Source: Botryllus schlosseri (taxonomy: Eukaryota). Taken from it: a stretch of 64,000 bases of DNA. The DNA lies in assembly GCA_051294905.1 (NCBI GenBank), contig CM119378.1, positions 27,652,001 through 27,716,000 on the forward strand, in the 5' to 3' direction. Under the pieces are notes generated by a model. It was not told where the DNA came from and did not search any database. It saw only the letters and a list, made by a program, of their open reading frames with translations. Below, one piece after another: positions 53,721 to 64,000 of this stretch. The position numbers and the translations under genes are program-made. How positions within the stretch are numbered: position 1 is the first letter of the stretch; each line of letters starts with the position of its first letter.

Positions 53721-54172
53721 GAACTTCAAATTAATCAAGTTCGTTTCATATCAATTTTGAGTTGATTCTTATAAGCACGACAATGGCAAATGTCTGTAAA
53801 GCAAAGTTTGGCAATTTTCCCACGATACAGTTTTCCTGTAGCATTTTCAGGAAAACCAGAAATGAGATTAGAACTGAAATGAGAACATAAAAACATTTCA
53901 CAAATTAGATGACTGGGATTTTTCGTTCCAATAATTGGTCAAATCAGACAACTAGCACTATCTGGTTGTCCAAGTCTGGTAATAACTACTCTCTCATGAA
54001 TGCTACGATCAAAGCTTGGAAACTGACACATGCAGACCGTATACAGAGAGCTGGATTTGTGTTACCTGTTAAAGTGACCGTTTGCTAAAAGTAGCCTATA
54101 TTGTGATCTATCTACCAAATATGTTATTTGAAACTATTATTCGATAGTTCCAAGCATACTAGACAGGACTAG

Positions 54173-54630
54173 CAGGGTTGTCGTGACTCAGGTCGCAATT
54201 TTTCGTTGACTCAACTTGACTCGAGTCATTTTCTTAAAAATGGAAACTGACGCGACTCGAGTCCATTTGTGCATTGACCCAACATGTAATCGAGTCATTT
54301 TGCAAGACTCGACCAACTCATATGACTCGACAGATTCTTTATGACTTATTCAAGTCTCGTATATAAGGACTACAATTGAAAAACAGGCCCAGAAACTGTA
54401 TTTTATCTGTTTGAATAAACATGTTTAGAGAAAATGAGTACAACAAAAATCCTAGGTCGTCAATATGACCCAGGAGTTTCACAGAAGTGAGTTGAACCCG
54501 ACTTGAACTCGACTCGCTGATCCCTGACTTGGAATCAGGACTTCACTCGGGTGTGAATTGAAAATGACTCGACTTGACTCTAGTCAAAACTATGAAAGTC
54601 TAATAGACTTGCGACTCGGTTACAACCCTG
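54173..54630. mobile_element. Older CAGGGTTG-family hAT MITE
   Basis: Termini CAGGGTTGT/ACAACCCTG and decayed GACTCGAGTC arrays; no matching TSD. Confidence 0.7.
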
Positions 54631-55279
54631 CTAATAATCAACACCAAATGCACATTGTACCATATTGACTGTAAAGTATACTTCTACATTATCATAATAC
54701 GATGTAACACACTTGCACCTGAGAAATGTCGCTTTTCCCGATGCGTTGGACCATCGATCTTCCATTGACAGCGCGGTTCCCATTCCTGCTTTTCTGCTGG
54801 ACTAAAAACGTAGCTTTTGAAGTCGTCCTGTAAAGTTAAATGACTCACGTATAAACTACTGAATTTACTAAATGCGCGATTAGAACTACAACTACTCATT
54901 TACAAAACTGGAAACTAGAGCTAGATCTAGCGACCTTAAAAATCAACGACTAGCTAACTAAATCACAACTAACTAATAATGGATAACACAAATTGCAAAT
55001 GAGTTTAAATCGGCAATTCAAAAAGACGGGGTTCCGACACCCCTGGCTACACCACTTATAGTAGTGATGGCTGTGACCTAGAAATAGCTGATTGGCTGCA
55101 AGAACATCACAAAACACGACAGCAGTATCACGATTCTAGTTGTTCTACAACCATTTTTTTGTAAATCCAAGATTAGAACCAAAACTAGAACTATTCACTT
55201 TTCAAAATCCGTCACTAGAACTAGAACTAGAACTACTCATAAAACCAGTAGTGGTAAAATAATCCAAATTATAATCGGT

Positions 55280-56210
55280 ACTGATACATTAGACTCATTA
55301 GAGTACCAGGGAACAGCTGTCAACATGGGCTCAGGCTATGCGGATGATCTTGAATTCTTTTTCAAAGACCAATCTTCTCTCCAGGAAGGCCTGAAACTGC
55401 TATCAGAAGTTCTTACTGATTTTGGATTACAAATTAATGAGTCGAAAACAAAAACTATGATATTTAACCACACTGAAGAACTGGCTTACCCGACTTCAAT
55501 CTGCTCACTGCATAATCATCATATTGAAAACGTGAAAACTTTCAAATACCTTGGGTGTATCATTCACTACAAGGAAACAAACGTGGGAATATCCGAAATC
55601 AACAATAGGATCAGTTCGGCTCATGCAGCTTTCCAATCTTATAAATACCTGCTTGGAAACTTCAGAATTTGGATTGGTACAAGAATAAAATTTTTAAATG
55701 CTTTTGTGAGAAGTCGACTCACATATGGCTGCAGCGTATGGTCTCTTTCAGAAAATCAAAGAAACGTCCTGGATGTCTGCTACAGACAATTTTTGCGAAA
55801 AATGATACATGGAGGCTACACTCGAAAGGGAACCGACCACGCCTTCAAAATTAGTAATAAAAATCTTCATAAAATCTGTCGCACCGGAGACCTCTCATCA
55901 TTTATTGATCACCAACAAGCTAAATTTCTAGCCCATATAATTCGAAAACCTAATGATAGTGTCGTGAAGTCAATAACCTTTGAAGATGAAAGGAGAACCA
56001 AAAAAGGAAGACCCTCTGCAACGCTGATGAACAATGTCCTTAATCAGAACGATACCGACATCAGGACATTTTCGAAAGCAGCATTTTCACGCGAAATTTA
56101 ATTTATATTTGAAATCTTTAGTGCTGTGTCTTTTTTCGATGGATACTTCCATCACCTCGGTGATGGTGCTCTTAGTCTGAATGCAGACAGAGCTAGACCT
56201 ATATATTACA
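55280..56210 (+). mobile_element. 5'-truncated non-LTR retrotransposon (RTE-like) RT C-terminus, ORF 55325-56101
   Basis: YADD, GLQINESKTKTM, FKYLGC, RSRLTYGCSVW and QAKFLAHIIR motifs. Confidence 0.8.
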
Positions 56211-57054
56211 CCGTGAGCGGCTGAGCGCCCTGTTTGTATCATGTTGATCCTACCTTGTAATGCTTTCTCTCCGTCCTGCACCAGTCCTGTGATTTGTTCA
56301 TTTCGACCGCACACCAAGATTCTCGAGAATTTCCGAGTTGGTACAGCATTTCCTGATTCATGGTGGAGCTGGTGCAGCGAGGATTTCAGTAGAAGGCACG
56401 TTGGAATCGGAAGGACTTGGCGAAACGGTACATGACGCCAAATGCTAAACCGGCGATATAGTTGCTAGGCAACGTGACCACTGAGTTGTAAAATAAAGCC
56501 TCATGTCATGTTCGAATAGATATTCTGCGCAACAACAACCTATCACTACTGCTTGCCATGTATTAAAATTTGCATATTTACGTATGATACGTTCCACAGC
56601 TACGTCACCAATGGATTGCGAGGTCAAGTCCGACCGTGGTGTTGAAGTGCTGAAGGTTTATTTCAGACCCTCCTCCCCATAATTGATCCGCGTAAGCGGT
56701 GTCCAAACAAAAGCCTACGGAAAAAGTGGTCCGTGCTAAAAGTTATCAAAAATAAGGGACCATAATCAGAAATATTGTCTGCTGTAAATGACCATAGTAG
56801 TTGAAACACCACAAATACCAAAATAACAAAAACTCCACAACATATCAATCAGTCAATCAATCGTCAGATTATATTTTCATCTTCCTAAGACACACACACA
56901 CAATGTACAATGCGATATACAAGACACACAATGTAATGTAATGAATGTAGATAGGGGAAGCCGAACGACCAACCAGTTGAGGTCTCTTGAACTGGCATCC
57001 ACCACGACCTAGTGCCAGATGTCGCTTCGATGTTATTTCATCGATGTCATCATC

Positions 57055-57535
57055 ATTTTAATAAATATTTTAACAAATCAATACATCACAAGATTGCGAT
57101 ATAATGAAAAGATAGGAGGGTGCCGAAACGGATGGACTTGAGTAGTCTTTCAATCAGATACCCACCTTGTCCTACAGCATGTAAATAAGAGGCATGTATA
57201 ATTGCACGCGGGACTTGGTTCGGTTTAGAGGCAATTTTATCAGTTCAATACACCACAAAAAATGCAATACAATGAAAAGATAGGAAGGTGTCAAAACGAC
57301 TTGGAGTAGTCATTGAAATCGAATCCCCGTCATTCTGAAATGCCAATTCGATTTTCAAAATTTATAAGCTCATTTGCATTTGCAACACGCAGTTGCATTT
57401 TGACCGAACAATACAAAAGAAAGAAAACACATACGAAAGCGACGAACATGAATGCGGCATGTGTCGGTAGGCACGATCGATATGTCAGATAGTGGTCCGG
57501 TAATCTTGAGGGCTGAATGACTGATTCAGTGGAAA
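57055..57535 (-). mobile_element. Two diverged 3' tails of the 44 kb LINE family
   Basis: ATCAGTTCAATACACCACAAAAAATGCAATACAATGAAAAGA..GACTTGGAGTAGTC..GGTCCGGTAATCTTGAGG matches the family tail. Confidence 0.7.
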
Positions 57536-57909
57536 TTACCGCAAAAGGGTACTATACATTCAGTTTCAAACAACAAATCAATGATATATAGTAAACCTAC
57601 CTTCGCCTACCGACAACGGTTAGTAGCGTTAGCGTCCATAGCGACATGTGCTTGTGATACCCAAAAATCCGAGAGACCGGCGTAAGTTCAACCGTATGCC
57701 CATCACCTAAGATTAGCGGACCACGATCTGACACGTCGATGTCTCATACCGACATATACCAGATCCCTTGTTACCACCTATCCTTCTCATCATCCTATAT
57801 TTCTTTTCATCGTGTGAGCAATGAGCATGTTATGCCATAGCCGTTATAAAGTTTCGATATGATTTGATGAAGATCAAGAAATTTTCATTTATTGCACTGG
57901 GATTCTGAC

Positions 57910-58473
57910 TAGAGGTCGACCGATATTGATTTTTACAGGCCGATACCGATACCGATATATCGGCTCACTCACAAGGCCGATACCGATATCATAGGCCGAT
58001 ATTAATATGGAAGGAGCAGAGAACAATTTCACCAAAAATATTATATATTAGGCAAGATGGCACTTGTACATGCCACAGAAAGCTGAACAAGAAACGAGAA
58101 AACTGAAATTCAAAAGAATTATTGCCTAATTGTGCACATTCGATGAAATTTGGGATAATCCAAAAAGTAAAATATGATACAGAATTGCAGATCAGTCCAG
58201 AAAAGGTAGATTGTAATGCAGGAAGCATAGTTTCTCTGCATGCTCACCCAGCTAAACTCGTACTGCAAGGGTAATTCTGTCATATATCGCCCTTTGCGTC
58301 GTCGATTTCTTGAGATTGAGAACACGGAGCATTGAATTTCCGAAATTTTTCAATTTTTTTCAAATATAAAATATCGGCCGCGATATCGGCCTTCATAGGC
58401 CGATACCGATAATCGGTAAAGCTCTAAATATCGGCCCCGATAATCGGCCATGCCGATAATCGGTCGACCTCTA
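57910..58473. mobile_element. hAT MITE
   Basis: TIR TAGAGGTCGACCGAT/ATCGGTCGACCTCTA; perfect TSD ATTCTGAC; GCCGATACCGATA subterminal repeats. Confidence 0.9.
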
Positions 58474-58805
58474 ATTCTGACCTGACGTGGTCGGGCTGGG
58501 GCCGCAGAACATCGAAAAATAGCTCCGGTGCTATTACAAGTTTCAAAATCCGGTCAAGTCCTACTCCGGCTCCGGTACACTGCACCTCACGCTGCGCTAA
58601 AGCGTGAATGTAGTGTTTATGATTGACAGATTCCTAGATGATATGATTTGTCGCATATTGTAAGCTATAGCTGCGTTTTTTATTGACCGTATGAATTTCT
58701 CTATACAATCGAGTTATGAAATCAAACAGTTGAGGCTACCTTCTTGACGCCCAAGAATCGGCATATCTTTCGCGCGTATCATAAACCAATAATTGAAGTA
58801 AAACA

Positions 58806-59606
58806 ATGTCTCATTCTTCTTCGTGGGATCCGAACAAGTGCCACGACTGGGACTCGCAAGGCGTAAGTTACACCACCACGGTTCGACTGAAGCGAGATAT
58901 ATCCGAAATATACAAGGACCCTCCGCCAGGCGTTGTGTTACTGCCGAATCCTGATGATATCACACGTATGCAAGCTGTAATTACCGGGCCATTTGATACT
59001 CCTTACGAAGGAGGGTATTTTCTATTCACAATCCGCTGCCCGCCAGATTATCCAATTAAACCTCCAAGAGTGAAATTAATGACGACGGGATACGGAGCTG
59101 TTCGGTTCAACCCTAACTTCTATAAAAGTGGTAAAGTATGTCTCAGCATACTCGGTACGTGGTCTGGTCCGGCGTGGAGTCCTGCACAGTCGTTAACTAC
59201 TCTGCTTCTATCAATACAATCTCTCATGAATGAAAAGCCATATCACAACGAGCCTGGCTTCCATAAGGAACGATCTCCCGGAGATTGCGAACGATATAAC
59301 AACTGCGTTAAACACGAGACTATTCGTGTGGCTGTTTGTGATATGGTAGAGGGCGTGCCGAGCCTTGGACTTACAGACGAAGTGAAGAGGGTTGTACGTA
59401 AGTCATTTTTGAGTTACTACGACGTTTACATGACAGCTTGCGAACAAAATAAGAGACTGGATGGAACACCGTTCGAAGACCCTCATAGAGGAAATGTCGG
59501 AACGTTCAACTTTGAAAAGCTCATTTCGAGGTTGAAAGCATTGAAACAGTCAATTGAGCTCGAAAGTCGAGAAGTAACTGCAATGGATGTTGATCCCGAA
59601 GACTGA
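58806..59606 (+). CDS. UBE2Z: Ubiquitin-conjugating enzyme E2 Z (USE1), single exon, 266 aa
   Basis: WDP..RLKRDI..PPPG..ITGPFDTPYEGGYF..PPRVKLMTTG..VRFNPNFYKSGKVCLSILGTWSGPAWSPAQS..EKPYHNEPGF..HETIRVAVC; catalytic Cys present. Confidence 0.93.
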   Translation: MSHSSSWDPNKCHDWDSQGVSYTTTVRLKRDISEIYKDPPPGVVLLPNPDDITRMQAVITGPFDTPYEGGYFLFTIRCPPDYPIKPPRVKLMTTGYGAVRFNPNFYKSGKVCLSILGTWSGPAWSPAQSLTTLLLSIQSLMNEKPYHNEPGFHKERSPGDCERYNNCVKHETIRVAVCDMVEGVPSLGLTDEVKRVVRKSFLSYYDVYMTACEQNKRLDGTPFEDPHRGNVGTFNFEKLISRLKALKQSIELESREVTAMDVDPED

Positions 59607-61621
59607 TTTTTTAAGATTATGGTCAAGCTGTACATCTCGAGAACATGACTACCCTACTGTCCCTTGTCTAGTTTCAACCATGAAATCAATGTGACAGCAT
59701 ATTACAAAGAAATTATTATCGACATCGTAAATCTGTCTTAACTAATCACTGTATTGTGATATTTTTGTATTTTATGTATTCATTTCTGATGGTTTCTCGT
59801 TGGATTGTTCACTTGCATGCTGCGACACGACCAGTCAAGGTTTCAAGGCATCATCAGTGGAAAACTATAATTCTCATTGATATAGATCAATTCTTAGTGG
59901 CAAGGAGCGTATCATTTCGATACTCCGAAAAATCATCGCTAACTACTTATCTTGAATCATTAAAATTGATGCTCGATTCACATTTGAGTGCTGGAAGTGC
60001 CCTGCCCTATGTGTGAGTTGTTCCACAGAAATTTATTAGTAGGATCAAGAGCTGGCGGAATGATTTGCCCCAGTCTTCAATCCAATGTAGAAAAGGAATC
60101 GTTTGTATTTGCACGTAAATTGTGGCTGAATCATGATGTCTTTCAAGCCTATATCAACACTCTTGAGTATAGGTGGTGTTGTCAATATTAAGAATGATTG
60201 CTATCTATATTGCCAACTGATTGTAATTGGATCATGATTTTGTTTTGATGCTCGCCAGCCCGATTTGAATATTCTAATTTATGAAAAAATTGCTATACAG
60301 TAGAGTTGTTCTTAAGTAAATTAGGCTATTCACTAAATTTCACTTGTTTAGCACAGCCTCGGGTTGCACGACTTCCACTGGTCAGAATTGACCCAAATTT
60401 GGAGCCTAGTGTTTTTGCAGGCATCCTGACAAATTAATCACTAAGCAAGTGAAGTTTGAATAAAAAGTTATTTTTGAACAACCCTATTATAAAGCCTATG
60501 CTTTCATTTCCTCCAATGGCAAGATCTCATGGCTTGCTCAATTTAAGTATGTAGATCATTTTGTTCTGAAATTTCCATTCTGTCCTGATGTTGGTTGCAC
60601 TTGGAGTGAATTTGCGCTGGTTTTACATGCCCGTTTTGCCGCCATGATAGATTGTAAAGCAATATTTGAAATTGTCGACTTTCTTCGGTTTTATTTGGTG
60701 GTTTTGTACAGTTTCCGCAGATTTCGTATCCTAGATTTCACGATAGGTTTGTCACAGTCTTTATGAGTGCAATGGCTTGTAAGTATTGATTCATAAATTG
60801 AAGCAGTATTGATTGGAATCTGAAATCCTCTCACAGAGTGAAGCTATTCCATTTTTTTTGCAGTCATACTAATTTCACCGTGGCACACCTTTTCTTCAAG
60901 AAACACTATGTTTTTAGTATTTGTAAGCACTAGGGCTGTTTAAAAATAACTTATTCTTCCAAATTACAATGGCTAGGCCTACCTGATAATAATGGTTGGG
61001 TTGCCTAAAAAAACGCTGCATATGCCTACCAAATTGGGCTTGATGCCTACTTGTAGAAGCATTGCCATAAAGGGAGACTATAATAAAAAATGAAGGAATT
61101 TCCAACCATAAATAGGCCTACTATTTTTTTCAAGTCCAAAAATTTATACTCCAGTAATTTCGCTTCTCCTGGTTGGAATTGACCCAAATTTATTATGCAT
61201 TGGTTTATTAGACACTGAGCTTAACCATTCCATGGGGTAGGCTAGCCATTTAACTTTGAATTTATTTAATTTTATTTGATAACTCCGAAACTTTCTCCTC
61301 TAAGCAATGCTTCTACAGGTAGGTGCTATGCCAAATTTGTTGGGCTAACGTCTTTTTTTTGGAGCCTTACAATCTTTTCATGTAGGCGGTAAAATTTTGC
61401 AAAATAAGTTGTATTTGAACTGCCGATCCATATTTACTTGCATATAATTGTATACTTTTTGTGCGTTATATAAGTATTTCTTTGTGTTTGTGTGAATTTA
61501 TGCTGGTTAGCAGACTCGCCTCGCTATAGGCTGAACAGTATTTTGTGATCTTGAATTCATTTTCGTCTTGACCTATATTCCTATTTCGTTTGTCCTCGTT
61601 CTTGACAGCATAACAAGTATT

Positions 61622-63130
61622 ATGGTTAGAAAGCCTAAAGCTGGAGGCAAGGAGGAACTGTCCCTGAAGGACGTGCTTGACCTTGGCGGGACAGAGGAAG
61701 ATTTTCAGTCGTTAAAGGACATTCAGGATGGTGTCGGAACGGCGAAAACTGAAGAAAAACCAAAGCAATCATTAAAGGTGATTAGTGTTGTATAGAGATG
61801 GTCGAAGTATTTTGCGCAAGTAGAAGTACGCAGTAAATATATCATTTCTAGTTCTAATCTACTTTGTGAAATGTGTCTTTGCTTTTATTTCCATTCCAAT
61901 CTAATTTCTGATCATCCCCAAAATCCTACAGGAGAACAGTATCGTGCAAAACAAGTCAATCTTGGTGTCCAGACATACGCCATTCTCTCGACATATGCGG
62001 ATGAACTAGGATTTGATATGGACTGCACTTGATTGAATTTCCAAGTTTTCCCGAATTCAGTAATTCTAATCGAACTCGGAAAAAAATGTGTCTCTATAAT
62101 CCTAATTGTAATTTAATTTGCAACTTTTGGTGTAGCTATAATTCTAATCTAAAATGGAAGAACTGTGTAGCGATAGGCTACTTCTAATTCTAATCTAAGT
62201 TTAAAAAGCTTGCCTGGCTATTATTCTAATAGTAATCTAATTTGGATAAAAAATACTGTTCGGCCCAGCTATAATTCTAATTTTAATCTAATATGGACAA
62301 AACTAGCTATGATTCTTATAAAATTTGGAAAAACCTTGTTGCTATTGCAGGCGATCCCTGTTGTCGTCCAACCATGAAATGTATATCTCGTAACCGAGAG
62401 ACATCCTGTCCTAGACTAATTTGCCTCTAGTATAAAACCGCTGATTCGAGAGAATCAGTAGACCCATTTGCTAAATCTACTGGTATCAACGTCTGAAATA
62501 TATTCGTATGTCTTGTGTAATATCTGCATCTTAAGGATATCTCACCAGGATACAGGATTCCAGGTTAACTAGTCAGCCAGCTAAACCGTTGTTACTTTGG
62601 TTAGCTTTACTTCTACCCCCAGGAACAATACCCTGAATCATTGCACTATAATTCTTATTCTAAGCTAATTTGAAGAAAATGTGAAGCTATAATTCTAATC
62701 TGATTTGAGAAAAATGTGGAAGCTATAATTCTAATCTAATTTGGTGGTGCTGAAAACTTTCTAGTTTTCCAACTCTGGCTGTGACAGTGGGAATGTTAAC
62801 AAATCTGTGAATTGTAAGTGTAACTGACAATGTTTCCTGCTATTTTGCCAGAGAGACGACTTGAAGGAGTTTTATCGATCGGTGGGATTCGAAACGGTTG
62901 GTAACAAGATGTTGGATTCGAGTGACGAAGATGATTCTTCCGACTCGGAGGAAGTGAGCAAGTCATCGAAGGAGAAATCAGGGAAGAGCACAAAAAGTGC
63001 TCGGGACTCAAAAGTTGGGAGTGGAACCGCCAAGACAAAAAGCACTGATGATAAAACCGAGAAGGGTAAAAAAATGGCAAGTGAGGCGAGCGGGACCTCC
63101 AAAAAGAATGATGTAAAGGTGCCGACAAAG
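61622..63130 (+). CDS. CEBPZ: CCAAT/enhancer-binding protein zeta (NOC1/MAK21) homolog, first two exons 61622-61777 and 62852-63130; gene continues
   Basis: LSLKDVLDLGGTEEDFQSL resembles human FSLEEVLRLGGTKQDYLML. A phase-0 GT-AG join leads to RDDLKEFYRSVGF and a charged low-complexity tract. Confidence 0.75.
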
Positions 63131-63889
63131 GTAAATAAATCGTTTGGATCATCACATGTTATCTAGGGCAAAGAAGGCTAAGATGAGACACTTTTCTGAT
63201 ATTTCAACGCCACTCGAAGAGTAATGCCTTCTGAGGATTCATTTTGTTACCAATGGAAAGTCTGTGATCTGTACTATCTATGACTATGTCTTGAGTTGTA
63301 TTGAGTAACATACTTATGGATTTCTTGGCCCTCAAAAACCCTTACTCAAATGTCTGAGCTTACCACCAGGCGAGGGTAAGATGAGACACCAAACAGTTCT
63401 TGCTCATTACACCACCAATTCATCCCAAATGATGAATCAACTAGCAACATCATGAATAAAATATACTAATCATGAAATAATTCACTTTTAAAAAGAATTT
63501 GTACATCATATACTAATTTAAATGAAAGAGTTGCATTGGAATCGAATCTATAGTTTGGCATTTTAAAGGTGGTTAGTTCTAGTTATAGTTGCACATTTTA
63601 AAAGCCAGCAGTTTGTACTGCACATGTCTGCATCCTTGTCAATTGTCATTATTGTCTTTTTAGACTGATCTTTGTTTAACTGCTTTCGATTCGACACCAG
63701 CGTGTATTCCAACACTAGTTTCGGTTCTTACGCGCTTCAAGTTCCAAACAATGGGCTACTGTTGAATGATTTGACCAGAGTTGACAGCATTGCGAATTTT
63801 ATTTGTAGGAATCATGTCATGCAATTTGATTCAAATAGCCGTGTCATTGAATAGAATCTTGGATGCACAGAACTACAATGGTGTATCCT

Positions 63890-64000
63890 GTTTGAAATGA
63901 ACCTGAACATTTTTGGCTGTCACTCGTCAGGAGTAATCGTCAGCGACTAGTAGAGAATTGGAAACAATATTATATATCAACAATCGTATCACAAAATATG
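63890..64000 (-). repeat. Degenerate PLE pLTR/hammerhead copy, running off the window
   Basis: Reverse complement reads CATATTTTGTGATACGATTGTTGAT..CTCTACTAGTCGCTGACGATTACTCCTGACGAGTGACAGCCAAAAATGTTCAGGTTCATTTCAA, homologous to 51170-51280; GAAA is mutated to AAAA. Confidence 0.8.

Noticed and set aside
56220-56848. Possible decayed type II membrane gene (MICCGVFVILVFVVFQLLWSF...)
   Set aside because: Short frames with several stops and no family motif; not supportable without a search.

Overview
Eukaryotic (metazoan invertebrate, AT-rich, intron-poor, transposon-dense; a tunicate-like marine deuterostome is a guess) genomic window. Host genes: CEP131 (-, runs off the left edge), PSMA6 (+), PRMT7 (-, 6 exons, 682 aa), a divergent GT31 beta-1,3-glycosyltransferase-like gene (-, with a hAT insertion in a coding exon), an intronless ST6GalNAc-like GT29 gene (-), intronless UBE2Z (+) and the first two exons of CEBPZ/NOC1 (+). 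Much of the rest is mobile DNA: many non-autonomous hAT elements with 8-bp TSDs, a Tc2-like MITE, CR1/L2-type and RTE-type LINE fragments, a tRNA-derived SINE, Penelope-like (PLE) 3' ends carrying minimal hammerhead ribozymes, and two very young LTR elements inserted 57 bp apart upstream of PRMT7. The best candidate for a novel system is the first LTR element (21547-26339): near-identical LTRs, PBS, PPT and 4-bp TSD but no gag/pol. Its interior holds an intact pseudoknotted, dimer-type hammerhead ribozyme (22523-22569) that covaries base for base with the PLE hammerhead at 51226, a possible spliced single-TM micro-ORF at the gag position, and a ~256-nt GC-rich folded domain. Also notable: a gag-only BEL/Pao element with identical LTRs, and a hAT insertion whose end plus TSD recreate an in-frame 3' splice site. 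All calls were made by eye; no searches or folding programs were run.
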